DNA of 64,000 nucleotides from Lama guanicoe (lineage: Eukaryota). The notes below the pieces were generated by a model, which ran no database searches, was not told where the DNA came from, and saw only the letters and a list, made by a program, of their open reading frames with translations. The stretch's first letter is position 1; the number at the start of each line of letters is the position of its first letter. This document shows positions 13,356 through 26,121 of this stretch, piece after piece. A program made the position numbers and the translations under genes. The stretch is taken from contig MU053629.1 in NCBI GenBank assembly GCA_013239625.1, positions 1,267,567 through 1,331,566 of the forward strand, given 5' to 3'.

Positions 13356-15039
13356 AGCAGTTAAGAGTGAAGAAGTGGAAATTCTTCACATTAAAATAGA
13401 ACTGACCAGTTGAGTATCCTCTTTAGAAATAAACTTTTTGAGTCTTTTGTATTATCATGAAGGGTTGGCCAGTCAGTGAATATAAACATTAGCTATTGTT
13501 CAGTGAATGCCTTTCCCATGGGTGAGCACTGGGCCCATAGTATGACCACCATAATTTCATTTGCTCCTTTCTTCAATGCTATGAGGTCAGTGTTATTCCC
13601 ATTTTACAGATGGGGTTCTTGGGAAACACTGGGAAAATGTATTGTCTCTGGGCTTCAAAGCCCTTCTCCCAAGATCGCTAGCAGACATCTGGATTCCTCT
13701 AGCAGCAAAGATGAAGAGGCAAAGAGAGTAATACATGGGACCAACCGATGGAATGACAGCAAGACCCTTCTGTTTTGTTACAGGCAATTTTTTTCCCGCC
13801 TTTTCTACCACAAAGCCATGTAACAGGCTGGAGCCATCAATAAGGTACCGCCCAGGACTGTGCAGGGTCTGGCTGCCCCGAAATCAAATCAGATCAGTGA
13901 AATGAACCCAGCCATGCCCCACTGTCGGGGGTAAACTGGACCAACAAGGTGCTTGAGGACAGTTTGGAGCAATCACGCGGGAAGGACCACTGCTCTCCAA
14001 GGACCACTGCTGTCTATTTCGAAGTTGGCACCAAGGGAGGCTCCCTTTATTCCACTAGGGATCTCAGCTGGTCACGTTGGAACCACCTGGGGGCTTCAAC
14101 GTCCTGTTGCTGGTCGACCCCCGGAGGTTCCGACTGAACTATGCAGGTGGGGCCAGGGCAAGGGGAATGTTTTCAGATCTCACCAGGTGGTTCTAACAAA
14201 CAGAGAATCACTGCTTTCAGACTTTTGGGAGCTCTTCCTGTAGAAATGCCTGCAAAGTCTATGGCTCCCTTGAATCTTGTCAACAGTAGCCTATCTCCTT
14301 CCCATAAAGATAGACTGAATTTTGTAAAGGCAGCTCAAGTCATTCAGAACTGAAACTTTAGAATACGAGTGAAATACCAGTTTTGTCCCAAACAGGATGA
14401 GAAACGTCTGAGATGCACCTGGGTTCCTCATGTGGCTCCCCGGGTGGTTTCCAAGGTGATAATTCACTGAGCACCTACCACACACCAGGGGTTACACTGG
14501 GGTCAGAGCTCTCAAGGACATCAGAGCCGCTTCTCCAGACTGCTGGGGACCAAGACCCAGGCCTTGGATGTCCCTGCTACTGAGGCTTCCTCACACTGGT
14601 GTCTGTTCGAGGGACTTTGTGAAATGCCTTGTCCCCCTCTTGCCACACGGAGCTGTGGCCTCAAAATGTTCCTGGTTTCCAAGGCAAAGGTGCTCTATGA
14701 TCAGCATCTACCAGAGTGCATTTGATCCCAAGCCGTGGCCTGGGGTTCAGGGTAAGTGACCTCCCGTCCCCTCTGTCACGCCCACCCGCAGGTCCTGCCC
14801 ACTTTGCCTCATCTCTTGATGGAAGGGTCCCAGAAATAGGTTCTAGAAAAGCAAGCAAAGTGTCAGAGAGGAACAAAACTCAGACTGACAAGGGGAAAGG
14901 GATCACGTGACTTGACTTTTCTCAATAATGCTGTGTTTTGACTGCTGGTTTCACTCTGTAACCTTAGCAGGTTTCTGAATACCTCTAGACCTCAGTTTCC
15001 CTGACTGTGAATAAAGGAGATTTAAGTGGGTAGCTTTTT

Positions 15040-16494
15040 GTTTTGGTTTATTTATTGAAGTATAGTTGATTTACAATGTTGTGTTAGTTTCAGGTATATA
15101 GCAAAGTGATTCAGTTTTATGTATATATATATATTCGTTTTCAGATTCTTTCCCATTATAGGTTATTATAAGATATTGAATATAGTTCCCTGTACTATAA
15201 CCTTGTTATCTATCTATTCTGTATATAGTAGTTTGTATCTGTGAATCCCAAACTCTCCCTTCCCCATTTCCCCTTTGGTAGCCATAAGTTTGTTTTCTGT
15301 CTGTGAGTCTGTTTCTGTTTTGTAAATAAGTTCTTTTGTATCATTTTTTTAGGTTCCACATATAAGTGATATCATGTGATATTTGTCCTTCTCTGTCTGA
15401 CTTACTTCATTTAGTATGATAATCTCTAAGTCCATCTATGTTGCTGCAAATGGGAATATTTTTTCTTTTTTATGGCTGAGTAATTTTCCATTACGTGCGT
15501 GTGTGCGTGCGCGTGTGTGTGTATGTATATATTCTTTATTTATTCATCTGTTGATGGACACTTAGGTGGCTTTCAAGTCTTGGCTATTATAAATAGTGCT
15601 GCTATGAACATTGGGGTGCAGGTGTCTTTTTGAATTAGAGTTTTTGTCTTTTCCAGATATATGCCCAAGAGTGGGATTGCTGGATCATATGGTAAGTCTA
15701 TTTTTAGTTTTTTTAGGGAATCTCCATAGTGGCTGCACCAAACTACATTCCCACCAGCAGTGTAGGAGGGCTCCCTTTTCTCCACACCCTCTCCAGCACT
15801 TATTATTTGTAGACTTTTTGATGATGGTCATTCTGACCAGTGTGAGGAGATACCTCATTGAAGTTTTGACTTGCATTTCTCTAAAAATTAGCAACACTGA
15901 GCATCTTTTCATGTGCCTGTTGGCCATCTGTATGTCTTCTTTGGAGAAATGTCTACTTAGGCCTTCTGCCCATTTTTTGATTGGGTTGGGTTTTTGTTTG
16001 TTTGTTTTGTTATTGAGCTACATGAGCTGTTTGTATATTTAGGAAATTAAGTTCTTGCTGGTCATATCATTTGAAAATATTTTCTCCCAGCCCATAGGTT
16101 GTCTTTTCATTTTGTTTATGATTTCCTTTGCTGTGCAAAAGCTTTTAAGTTTGATTAGGTCCCATTTGTTTATTTTTGCTTTTATTTCTTTTGCCTTGGG
16201 AGACTGCTCTAAGAAAGTATTGCCACAATTTATATCAGAAAATGTTTTGCCTGTGTTCTCTTCTAGGAGTTTTATGGTATCATGTCTTATGTTTAAGTCT
16301 TTAAGCCATGTTGAGTTTATTTTTGTGTATGGTGTGAGGGAGTATTTGAACTTCATTGATCTACATGTGGCTGTCCAGCTTTCCCACACCACTTGCTGAA
16401 GAGACTGTCTTTTCTTCATTATAAGTTCTTACCTCCTCTGTCAAAAATTAATTGACCATAAGTGTTTGAGTTTATTTCTGGGCTCTCTATTCTG
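15040..16494 (-). mobile_element. 5'-truncated L1 with disrupted ORF2 C-terminus and 3'UTR
   Basis: ORFs 16039-16419, 15685-15927 and 15573-15785 translate to L1 ORF2p motifs ([57 protein letters not shown]) in different frames; diverged TSD at 15021-15039 and 16495-16512. Confidence 0.95.
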
Positions 16495-17009
16495 TTTAAA
16501 TGGATAATTTTTAACATCCTTTCCAGCTTTAAAATTCTGTGAATGTAAGATTCTGTGAGCCTAAACTTTTCAAATCAAGACTAGATTTTAAGCTAAACTC
16601 ATTACAACTCTGGCCTCTGCTGATCAGGAGCACCAGAAATGGATGGACAAAGCAGAGTGGCCACATGGAGTGTGAATACTGGAGACAAGCGTTGATAGCC
16701 TGTGGTATGTTCCAGATGTGTCCACACAATGAGTTTCCAGGAATGGCTGGGCACAGGTCCCTGGTGCCAGAGTTGGAGAAAAGCTTTCTTTGCAGCCTGT
16801 TGTGCAGTTATGGTCACACCTGTGTGGCGGTGGTCATGGAGGTAAGAGGAAATCATTCTGGAAGGAGGGTGGGAATTCTGCGAGGACTACCTCTTGGCTT
16901 GATTGTTTCGTGGAGAGGCAAGACTTGCTCATGAATCCTCACTTTTCCAGAAGCCAGAGGAGGTGGTGGGGCTGATAACTTGGGCCCCGTGGAATAGTGC
17001 AGTTTCATG

Positions 17010-17210
17010 TTGAGAGCGGAGTCTGTCGGCAGCCCTGCTCTCCGATCTTGATCTTGCCACTTACTAGCTGTGTAACTTAGGGCAACTTACTTCACCTCTC
17101 TGAGCCTTGGCTTTATCATTGGAAACTAAGTAGGGATAATATCCACCCCACAGGGTGTAGGGCTGATTAGATACAACGATGCACACAAAGCGCACAGTAG
17201 GTGACCAATG
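17010..17210 (+). mobile_element. MIR
   Basis: gccacttactagctgtgtaacttagggcaacttacttcacctctctgagcct core. Confidence 0.85.
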
Positions 17211-18640
17211 CACAGTCGCTGAAGGAGCACCAGCACCTCCGGGTGTTGTCACCTACACAGTGTGAGAGCCACCTGCAGTGTTACTGCATGCTCTACCCAG
17301 CTGGCCTCATTGCAGGTGGAACCAGGCATCTACCTGGGAAAAGGAAAGCTCTCCAGAAAGCAAAGACACCTGCTCAAGGGAAGACAGAGGGACCCTAGTG
17401 GCCAAGACTCCTGGATCTTGTTCTGGCTCTTCCTGCCACCCCTTTGACAAAGCAAGGGGACACCGCCCCCCATCTTTAAGGGTAGAGGCACTAAATGATA
17501 GCCAGTCCATAAAAACATGCTAACAACATAAACACAATGCTTCATTGTCATTCCCAAGCCCAAATTATTCAAATGTGGGCCAGGGACCAGCCCAGCATGA
17601 GGCGGTGGGGCGGGGGACCCATGTGGTCTCCTGACAGCACAACATGTGGTCAGGATGACAAGTCTCTGGTTAACCCCAGGTTAAACACATAATGTGCTTA
17701 TTATATATTTAAGTACGTTGTTGATGTTTTTCAACAGGCAGCTTCAACATCATTTGGGTATAAAACTATCATTCAGGAGCATTTTTAAAAATAAAAATAA
17801 TCCTTTGTACTTGGGGAGGGGTGGTGAGGGAGGAATGCATCAACATTGTGTGGCAAGCAGGACATTTTTTAGCTTTCAAATGACATCACTTAACAAGTTC
17901 GACCAAAATGCAGTCAGGAAATAGCCCCAGTGCACAGCTGCTTGTTGTGCTCGAGGGGACCTGAAAGGCTCGCCCATCCTGAAGCTCCTTTCCCCCAAAT
18001 CTAGTGTTGCCCACCGTTAGCTGCCCTCTTGGGTCATGGTCCCAAAGGAAAAGAGAAAGGACAGCAGGAGTTAGGTTGATTAGCTCACTTAGCATTGGAA
18101 TCACCTGGGGAGATTTCAAAATAGTGATGCCCGGTCTCGCTCACTGGCGTGGGGTGCAGCCTGGGCATTGGATTTTTAAAAAGCTCTCCATGTTACTGGC
18201 TCCAAGTACAGCCAAGATTGAAATTCACTCTCTCATAACCTCTTATCTGAATGCTCAGCCCTCACTCCCTCCCTCCTCCCCCTCCAGCCGTTGTCAGTCG
18301 AGCAAGCCCAGTGGCTCAGCAGACACCCAGCAACAAACTACAATGTAGGTCTTGGGATCTCATTTTACAGATGAAGAAACTGAGACCCAGAGAGGCTAAG
18401 TGACCTTGCCCAAGGTCAGCACCAGTAATTAATGGCAGATTGGCTCTCTCTGGCTTCAGAGTGATTCCCAGCTCATCAGGCTGACCTGATAATGTGGGAG
18501 CATTGACTCATTACTGAGTTATTAATACCTCAGAGGATGTCATTTATAGTAATAATGCCCCCTTACATTTTTGTAGCGGTATGATGGTTCACAAAACACT
18601 TTCATTTTAATTTATTTTATGATATTAAAGATGATTCCTG

Positions 18641-18767
18641 GGGGGAAGGTATAGCTCAGTGGTAGAGTGTGTGCTTAGCATGCACGAGGTCCTGGGTTCA
18701 ATCCCCAGTACCTCCACTAAAAAATAAAGAAAGAGACCTAAATACCTCCCCCTCCCCAACCAAAGAG
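18641..18767 (+). mobile_element. tRNA-Ala-derived SINE, full length
   Basis: 72-nt tRNA-like head at 18645-18716 (anticodon AGC), A-rich linker, C-rich tail; TSD AAAGA(T/C)GATTCCTG at 18627-18640 and 18768-18781. Confidence 0.95.
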
Positions 18768-19380
18768 AAAGACGATTCCTGCATTTTAAGGATGAGGAGA
18801 GTAAGGCCCAGAACATGAACTTGCTCGTGGTCACACAGGTCAGGGAACCAGAGCTTGAGTCCAAATCCTCTTCCCCCTATTTCCAAAGAATGGAGCACAT
18901 GGGAAAATGGCGGGGGTAAGGGTGAATTTTTTGGCTATAGGGAAGGTTGGAAAGTTTTAGAGCAGGACAGGCTCTCAGGTTTACCAGAGGTGGGAACCCA
19001 GGAGGCAGCAAAGGATGCTCTGTTATTTCCACGATCGGGCCTCTGTCCTCCAGCCCAGCTCAGGGAGGTGAGCGCGGTGAGTGCAAGGTGTTAATCCCAG
19101 AGGCCCCGCCCAGGAGAGACTAGAGGAGGGTAGAAGCCTTTCTGTCCCTGGGTACCTGGCCCCACGTATTAATGTTACATTTCCTGAATTTGATCATTGC
19201 TTTGTGGTTCTGTATGAGAATATCCTTGTGCTTGTAAGTTACATGAGGAAGTATTCGGGGTGAAGTTGTGATATCTGCAACTTACTCTCAGATGATTCAG
19301 AAGAAAGAAGCACGTATGTGTGTCTGTATATATGTGTGTGCAGACAGAGAGAGAGAGAGAGCGGTAGAATGTTAACAGCA

Positions 19381-19600
19381 GGGGCAGAGGTGGTACAGCT
19401 CAGTGATAGAGTGTGTGCTCACCATGCACGAGGTCCTGGGTTCAATCCCCAGTACCTCCATCAAAAATAAACAAATGGAACATAATTACCTCCCCTTCAC
19501 AAAAAAATACACAGTGCCATATGTCAGTTATATATCAATAAAACTAGAAGGAAAAAAGTGATTTTAAAATAGTTAAAAAAAACTTCTTAAAAAAGTTTTC
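19381..19600 (+). mobile_element. tRNA-Ala-derived SINE followed by a short L1-like tail, inside an old L1
   Basis: SINE head and tail, then atatgtcagttatatatcaataaaa; approximate TSD aatgttaa(c/a)agc on both sides. Confidence 0.85.
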
Positions 19601-20422
19601 AAAAATGTTAAAAGCTAATGAGTCACATTGATGGGTATACAAGCGTTTGTTGTAACAGCTCTGGAACTTTTCTGTAGATCTGAATTTTTAAAATAACAAG
19701 TAAAAAGAATAAAGGAGAGGAATTATAGGTGTAGTTTTAGAAAGAGCCAAATAATTTTCATGGTGAGCTGTGAAGGACCAGGGAAAATACTTTTAGTCTG
19801 AAACTTGGTTACTGTTTCTAAAAGCATAAAGGTTACTGAATTATTGGCCTGTGTCACTGCAGAGCTGAGGAAAACTGGATGCCCAGGAAACACAGGTGCA
19901 TGGCAGTAGTTCCTGGGTGAAGCTCTTCCCCCCCCAAATTTTTCTTCTCTGAAAATGAAAATTAAAAGGAAGGGGAGAGTGAAAATAAAAATAGTAAGCA
20001 TTATTTTATAGACCTGGCAGATTAGCTCAGACTTCACAATTATTTAGCAGGGCTTATAAGTCAATAGAAACGAAAATATACCCTATGTTACTATGTTAAA
20101 ATAGCGACCCATAGAATATATCTACTTTTAATTATTGGTTATATAAATAAAACCCCATGGGAATTTTTGTTCTGGGAAGTTGATGTGCACCCTGTGATTT
20201 TAAAAACCTGTTAGAAGTGGAAACTTTTAAAATGTATAGTTCATTGCAATAGCCTTTATCATAATGAGACAATATTTTAAAAGACTAAAGACTCTGAGTG
20301 CCACCATTAAGGCAACAGAAGTCTATGCCTTACTGTATTTTAACAATATATCATGACAGTGGGATCTTTGCTCTTTTCCAGAATTGCGTATGAGGGCCCA
20401 CAGCTGGAAACTTCACATTTTT

Positions 20423-20428
20423 TTTAAT

Positions 20429-20475
<47 letters not shown>

Positions 20476-20477
20476 TT
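20423..20477. repeat. (ATTT)n microsatellite flanked by a 16-bp direct repeat
   Basis: GAAACTTCACATTTTT at 20407-20422 and 20478-20493. Confidence 0.9.
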
Positions 20478-21949
20478 GAAACTTCACATTTTTAGAGCAG
20501 CTCCACCTGGCTGGGGTGGGGGAGAACCTGACCCCTGCAAAAACTTTCTGAAAGACAAAACATCATTTCTGTAGAACCAGCACCCCATTTCTCCCCTTTG
20601 AACCCCATCACTCCATCCCTGGTCTCTGAAAGATGCATTGGGGTGGGGTTGATGGTTAATTTTTTGAGGGGTGTGCCCTTTATGTAAAGTGAGATCATTT
20701 TATGCCATCTCCTCCCATTGCAAGGGGGTCACTTGATTGGTCCCATGTCTTAAAGCTGGCGGTGGGAGAACCAAGATGATGACCCCAAGATGATCTCTTG
20801 CAGAGCCGCAGAGCTCGCTGGCCTGACCAGAGCTGGGGGGAAGTGGAGGGGAGACTTGGGCCTTAGGGTGAGAGAGAGAAAAGGGGCCAAGGCCATCTCC
20901 TCTACACAGTTCTTGAAAAGTACAGCTGGACAGAGGCCCCAGAGCTGTGGCCTCAAAGGTAAAGAGGCTGGGATAGCCTGATGGCAGTGGGGTGCTGCCC
21001 ATGGGGGATGGAATAAGGCAGCTGAAAACATGGGGTCTGGTCCCTCCTGGACCAGCCAATGTCAAGGGGACTGCTTGATCCCTGCCCCACTGGGGCTTGA
21101 CGGGGCCCCCATCCACCCATTCACAACCTCCTGACAATGAGGTGGCTCAGGGGCGAGGGTCCCCTGGCCACCTTGGAGATCAGCAACCAGAGCAACAATG
21201 AGGGCTTCCTACCCGCCACGTTAGTCCTGGGACAAGACCATTTCCCTCTCATGTCTCCAAGCCTGGAAGAGCAGGGCTGGGAAAGGGCACAGCCAGGAAC
21301 AAACTGTGGGTGCCGTGGAGCTGGGGGAGGGTGACTCTGGGCCCTCTGAGAGAGAAAACGTGAGTTTGCTGCAAAATTGCACATTTGTGGATGTTGATGT
21401 TGCGTATTTTTAAAATAATTTTAAGCTCATGTATTTCCAGTTTTAAACTATGCCTTCGTATATTTTGATTAGTTAAAAATGTTGAACACGTGACCGTAGT
21501 GCACAAATTCTTCACTTGTGAGGTGCCTTTGCATTTTTACAGGAATTTCTGTGATTGGTCGTGAAACAGATAGAGGCTGAACTCCAGTTGTCTTAAAGCG
21601 GTTGCATTTCTGTAGTGACTGCAAAGTTGTGTTTATTTTATACAGTGGATTTTCTCCTGATGCCATATACTTATTTTAGATTGTCTGAATTTCTCCCTCT
21701 TTGTGTGTCCATGTTGTCATGTAATTTAAACAATATATAAAATGCTCACAATTTACTGTAAGTTTGAATTATATAAAAATAAAGCAATACCCCAAAAAGC
21801 CATTATAAAAGCCATATATGTAACTCTCATTAATATTTGGAAAGGACTGATCATACATGGGTCCCTTTTACTAATGCATTTGAAATTATTTAGCCATCAG
21901 AGCACCTTTTCAGAAACTTAAATGGAAATAGAAAAAGATATTTTGTTAA

Positions 21950-23240
21950 TGGAAATAATGAAGCTAGAACACTCCCTTACACCATACACAAAAATAAACT
22001 CAAAGTGGATCAAAGACTTAAACATAAGACAAGATACAATAAACCTCCTAGAAGAAAATATAGGCAAAACATTATCTCACATACATCTCAAAAATGTTCT
22101 CCTAGAACAGTCTACCCAAGCAATAGAAATAAAAGTAAGAATAAACAAATGGGACCTAATGAAACTTACAAGCTTCTGCACAGCAAAGGAAACTGTAAGT
22201 AAAACAAAACGATAATCTACGGAATGGGAGAAAATTTTTGCAAATGAAACCAACAAAGGCTTGATCTCCAGAATATATAAGCAGCTCATACGACTTAATA
22301 AGAAAAAACAACCCAATCCAAAAATGGGCAGAAGACCTAAACAAGCAATTCTCCAAGGAAGACATACAAATGATCAAGAGGCACAATGAAAAAATGCTCA
22401 ATATCACTAATTATCAGAGAAATGCAAATCAAAACTACAATGAGGTATTACCTCACACCAGTCAGAATGGCCATCATTCAAAAATCCACAAATGACAAAC
22501 GCTGGAGAGGCTGTGGAGAAAAGGGAACCCTCCTGCACTGCTGGTGGGAATGCAGTTTGGTGCAGCCCCTGTGGAAAACAGTATGGAGATTCCTCAAAAG
22601 ACTAGGAATAGACTTACCATATGACCCAGGAATCCCACTCCTGGGCATATTTCCAGAAGGAACCCCACTTCAAAAAGACACCTGCACCCCAATGTTCATA
22701 GCAGCACTATTTACAATAGCCAAGACATGGAAACAGCCTAAATGCCCATCAACAGGTGACTGGATAAAGAAGATGTGGTATATTTATACAATGGAATACT
22801 ATTCAGCCATAAAAACTGATAACATAATGCCATTTGCAGCAACATGGATGTTTCTGGAGAATGACATTCTAAGGGAAGTAAGCCAGAAAGAGAAAGAAAA
22901 ATACCATATGAGATTGCTTATATGTAGAATCTAAAACAAAACAAAACAAACATAAATACAAAACAGAAACAGACTCATAGACAAAGAATACAAACTTGTG
23001 GTTGCCAAGAGGGCGGGGGTGGGAAGGGACAGACTGGTATTTCAAAATGTAGAATAGATAAACAAGATTATACTGTATAGCGCAGGAAAATATATACAAG
23101 ATCTTATGGTAGCTCACAGCAAAAAAAATGTGACAATGAATATATATATGTTCATGTATAACTGAAAAATTGTGCTCTACACTGGAATTTGACACAACAT
23201 TGATTGTAAAATGACTATAACTCAATAAAAAATGTAAAAA
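21950..23240 (+). mobile_element. Young 5'-truncated L1 (ORF2 C-terminal remnant, 3'UTR and A-tail)
   Basis: ORF 22386-22934 is the L1 ORF2p C-terminus ([48 protein letters not shown]); ORF 21922-22215 is the preceding part in another frame; AATAAA plus A-tail near 23224. Confidence 0.97.
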
Positions 23241-23694
23241 AATTTTTTTAAAGTAAAGTATTTAAGGCTTTTCATAATTATTTAAATTGTGGCAAAATAT
23301 ACACAACATGAAATTTACCATTTTAAGTGTACATCAGTGGCAATGATTACATTCAGAATCCCTGACATCACTATTTTTGATTAGAAAAAAATTGATTTTT
23401 CAGGTTAAGTGCTTTATATTCTTAGCAGAGAGAATGAAATCTTTGTGTCTTGACAGATATACAGTTTATTGGAAAGATGAGGAACAAATTAGGAGGCTGG
23501 AAAGCAAATTTAAAAGCACTCAGATCTCTTGCTGACCAGCCCCATGCCTCGTGACTTAAAAACAAATCAATTATTCATAATTTCTGTTACATGAAAATAC
23601 GTGCTTTTAAAATGTTTTATCCCTCTTGAGAAAATGTATTTTTTTGCAGTTTCAAGGTTTTATTGCTTTCCTTACCTACAGTTCCTTTTTTATA

Positions 23695-24145
23695 ATATAT
23701 TTTTATTGAAGTACAGTTTACAATGTTGTGTCAATTTCTGGTGTACAGCACACTTCTTTAGTCACATAGAAACATACATATATTCGTTCTCATATTCTTC
23801 TTCACTGTAAGTTACTATAAGATACTGAATTTGGTTCCCTGTGCTAAACAGTATTAACTTATTGTTTATCTATTTTATATATATTAGTTTGTATCTGCAA
23901 ATCTCGAACTCCCAATTTATCACTTCCCACCCTCCCCCCAACCCCGGTAATCGTAAGTTTGTTTTCTATGTCTGTGAATCTGTTTCTGTTTTGTAAATAA
24001 GTTTGCTTGTCTTTTTTTTTTTTTAAGATTCTACATATAACTAATATCATATGGTATTTTTCTTTCTCTTTCTGGCTTACTTCACTTCAAATGACATTTT
24101 CCAGGTTCACCCACGTTGCTGCAAATGGCATTATTTTATTATTTT
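23695..24145 (-). mobile_element. L1 3' end
   Basis: Same 3'UTR family as 7055-7485 (ttttattgaagtacagtttacaatgttgtg...gttgctgcaaatggcattatt). Confidence 0.9.
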
Positions 24146-24574
24146 TAATTGTATTTTTGAAAGAAAAGTCCTCCTTTTGCTGTAAGTAAAGTCAGCTGTG
24201 TTAGCAGGCGTGTCCATGTGGTAACATGCTGGTATAATATAAATGGATTAATTTTTCCCTCCCTGGGGAAAAAAAAGCATTCCACTACATTGCATACACA
24301 TTGAGAAGTAAAGTACAAATGTAGTTGCATTTTTATAAAGGTCTTCAGTATCTTAACCCAAAGAGACAGCTCAGTAGCAGGACTGAGTCACGGTGGCAGA
24401 CCTGGACGAGGACCGTGGTTGACAAGGGGGCCCGAGACACAGTAAAGACAAACTCCAATCTGGAATCAAAAGCACCTGGGCCTGGGCCCCTCCCCTGAAG
24501 TTTGCCTGCTCTGCAACCCAGGGCAAGTCATTTGCCTCCTTAGGCTTCAGTTTGCTCTTACCTGCAAGAGGGAG

Positions 24575-25110
24575 TGTGTCAATCAGAATGTTTTCAGAAG
24601 CAAAGAACAGAACACCCAACTCGAAACAGCTGAAACAATAAGGAGGCTTGTTCTAACACAACAAGGAGCAAGAGGGAGGAGGGTCGGGCTTGGCTTTATT
24701 GGCTCAGCGCTGTTGTCAGGGCCCAGGTTCCTTCCATCTTTCCCCTCCAGCTGTCTCTGCTCAGGATAACTGCTCCGCCTCCAGACCTCGTCCTCAGACA
24801 CAGCTCAGGTCCAGCAACAGAAGAGCGGAACAGTATCTCTGTGAAGAGCGGGGGGAACCATTCCTCAGAGTCCCTCAGCAGCCCCGCTCCTGCCTTCCAT
24901 CAGTTAGAATCGTGCCAGGGGCCGGAAGTGGGAGATGAGCAAAGGGAGTGAATGGCCCGCCGCAGCGGGCTTGGGCCCCGCACGACCCACTCCCGGAGCT
25001 CGGAACGGGGCCGCCCTCTCTGAGTCTCGGGAAAGGCGGAGAACAGAGCAGCGTTGCAACAGTCACAAGCAGAAGGAGGCCGATGGGAAACTACTGGAAT
25101 CAGTGGTGAG
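24575..25110. mobile_element. Old MLT1-type LTR with a locally CpG-rich segment
   Basis: Starts tgtgtcaatcagaatgttttcagaagcaaagaacagaacacccaactc (MLT1J/K/L-like); right end uncertain. Confidence 0.55.
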
Positions 25111-25205
25111 TGGGTATCCACTGAGTCTGCTGCCTGGGTTAAGAAGAACCCCGCCCCTAGAATCTTGATGCAAAGATTAAATATATATGTAAACAATTAA
25201 ATGGG

Positions 25206-25395
25206 TTTGTTTTTTTTTTTGGATTTTTGGGGGAGAGGTAATTAGGTTTCATTTATTTTATTTAGTTATTTTTTAAAAATTTTTTGTGGGGTGGTAATTA
25301 GTTTTTTATTTACTTTTGGTGGAAGTACTGGGGATTGAACCCAGGACCTTGTGCCTGCTACGCACGCACTCTGCCACTGAGCTATACCCTCCCCC
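25206..25395 (-). mobile_element. tRNA-Ala-derived SINE with duplicated tail
   Basis: Reverse-complement head at ~25320-25395; two ggtaatta tail units; approximate TSD tgtaaac(a/c)att. Confidence 0.9.
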
Positions 25396-25821
25396 TATGT
25401 GTAAACCATTTTTATATATGTTAATAATAATGTTAAAACAGTGGACACATGTTAATCCTTGAAAATACAAAGCGTTAAGAAAGCACATGAGAGGGAGTCA
25501 TTTTTGCTTATCCGTTTTCAGGCACTAAATCAGACTATTAGCTGAGAACCAGAACTCTCCTTTCCCCCTCCCCCCCCTTCTTTCTTTCCTTCCTATTTCC
25601 TTCCCTCCCTGTCAAATTCCCTTCCCACCTTCCACAAACAGTACCAGCAACTATGCTAAGTCATTGAAATAAAGCGAGATTAATTCGGCACACATCTCCT
25701 GGTTGCTCCCAGTCTGCTGGGGAGGACTTACAGTTTGACTTACAACGTGAGCGCTGTCAGGTGGGAAAGAAAAGGCACCAGAGGGCACAGAGCCCAACCG
25801 TGCCTGAGCGGAAACGAGTGA

Positions 25822-25990
25822 GTAGGGTCGCCAGATAAAATACGGTAAGCTTCAATTTGAATTTTTATTTTAAAATATTCCAAACTTACTTCAAACTTGA
25901 ATTTGAATATAGCAGGAGACATACTTGTACTAAAACGATTGCTTGAGGATCTAAAATTCAAATTTAACTGGGCATCCTGAGTTTTTGTTA
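25822..25990. mobile_element. MER3/MER33-like non-autonomous hAT element
   Basis: tagggtcgccagataaaatac start and aaattcaaatttaactgggcatcctg inner inverted arm. Confidence 0.75.
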
Positions 25991-25997
25991 AACAACT

Positions 25998-26121
25998 CGG
26001 GGGAGTGGGGAATAGCTCAGGGGTAAAGTGCGTGCTTAGCATGCACGAGGTCCTGGGTTTCATTAAAAATACATATGTATATAATAAATAAGTTACCCTC
26101 ATAACCCCTCCCGCAATAAAA
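25998..26121 (+). mobile_element. tRNA-Ala-derived SINE, internally deleted at the B-box end
   Basis: Head runs ...gaggtcctgggttt directly into cattaaaa; the aatccccagtacctc segment is missing. Confidence 0.85.

Noticed and set aside
13783..16830. Several plus-strand AG...GT exon-like segments (~13783-13843, ~14680-14751, ~16786-16831)
   Set aside because: No recognisable peptide or consistent frame; such splice-like pairs are common by chance.
18645..18716. Genuine tRNA-Ala genes (this and 15 similar loci)
   Set aside because: They carry SINE tails, usually with TSDs, show scattered decay and lack an immediate oligo-T terminator; treated as SINEs.
21360..21900. AT-rich block possibly from a DNA transposon coding region
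   Set aside because: Could not assign termini, family or a transposase motif.
22386..22934. 182-aa ORF as a host gene
   Set aside because: It is the L1 ORF2p C-terminus of a 5'-truncated, frameshifted copy.
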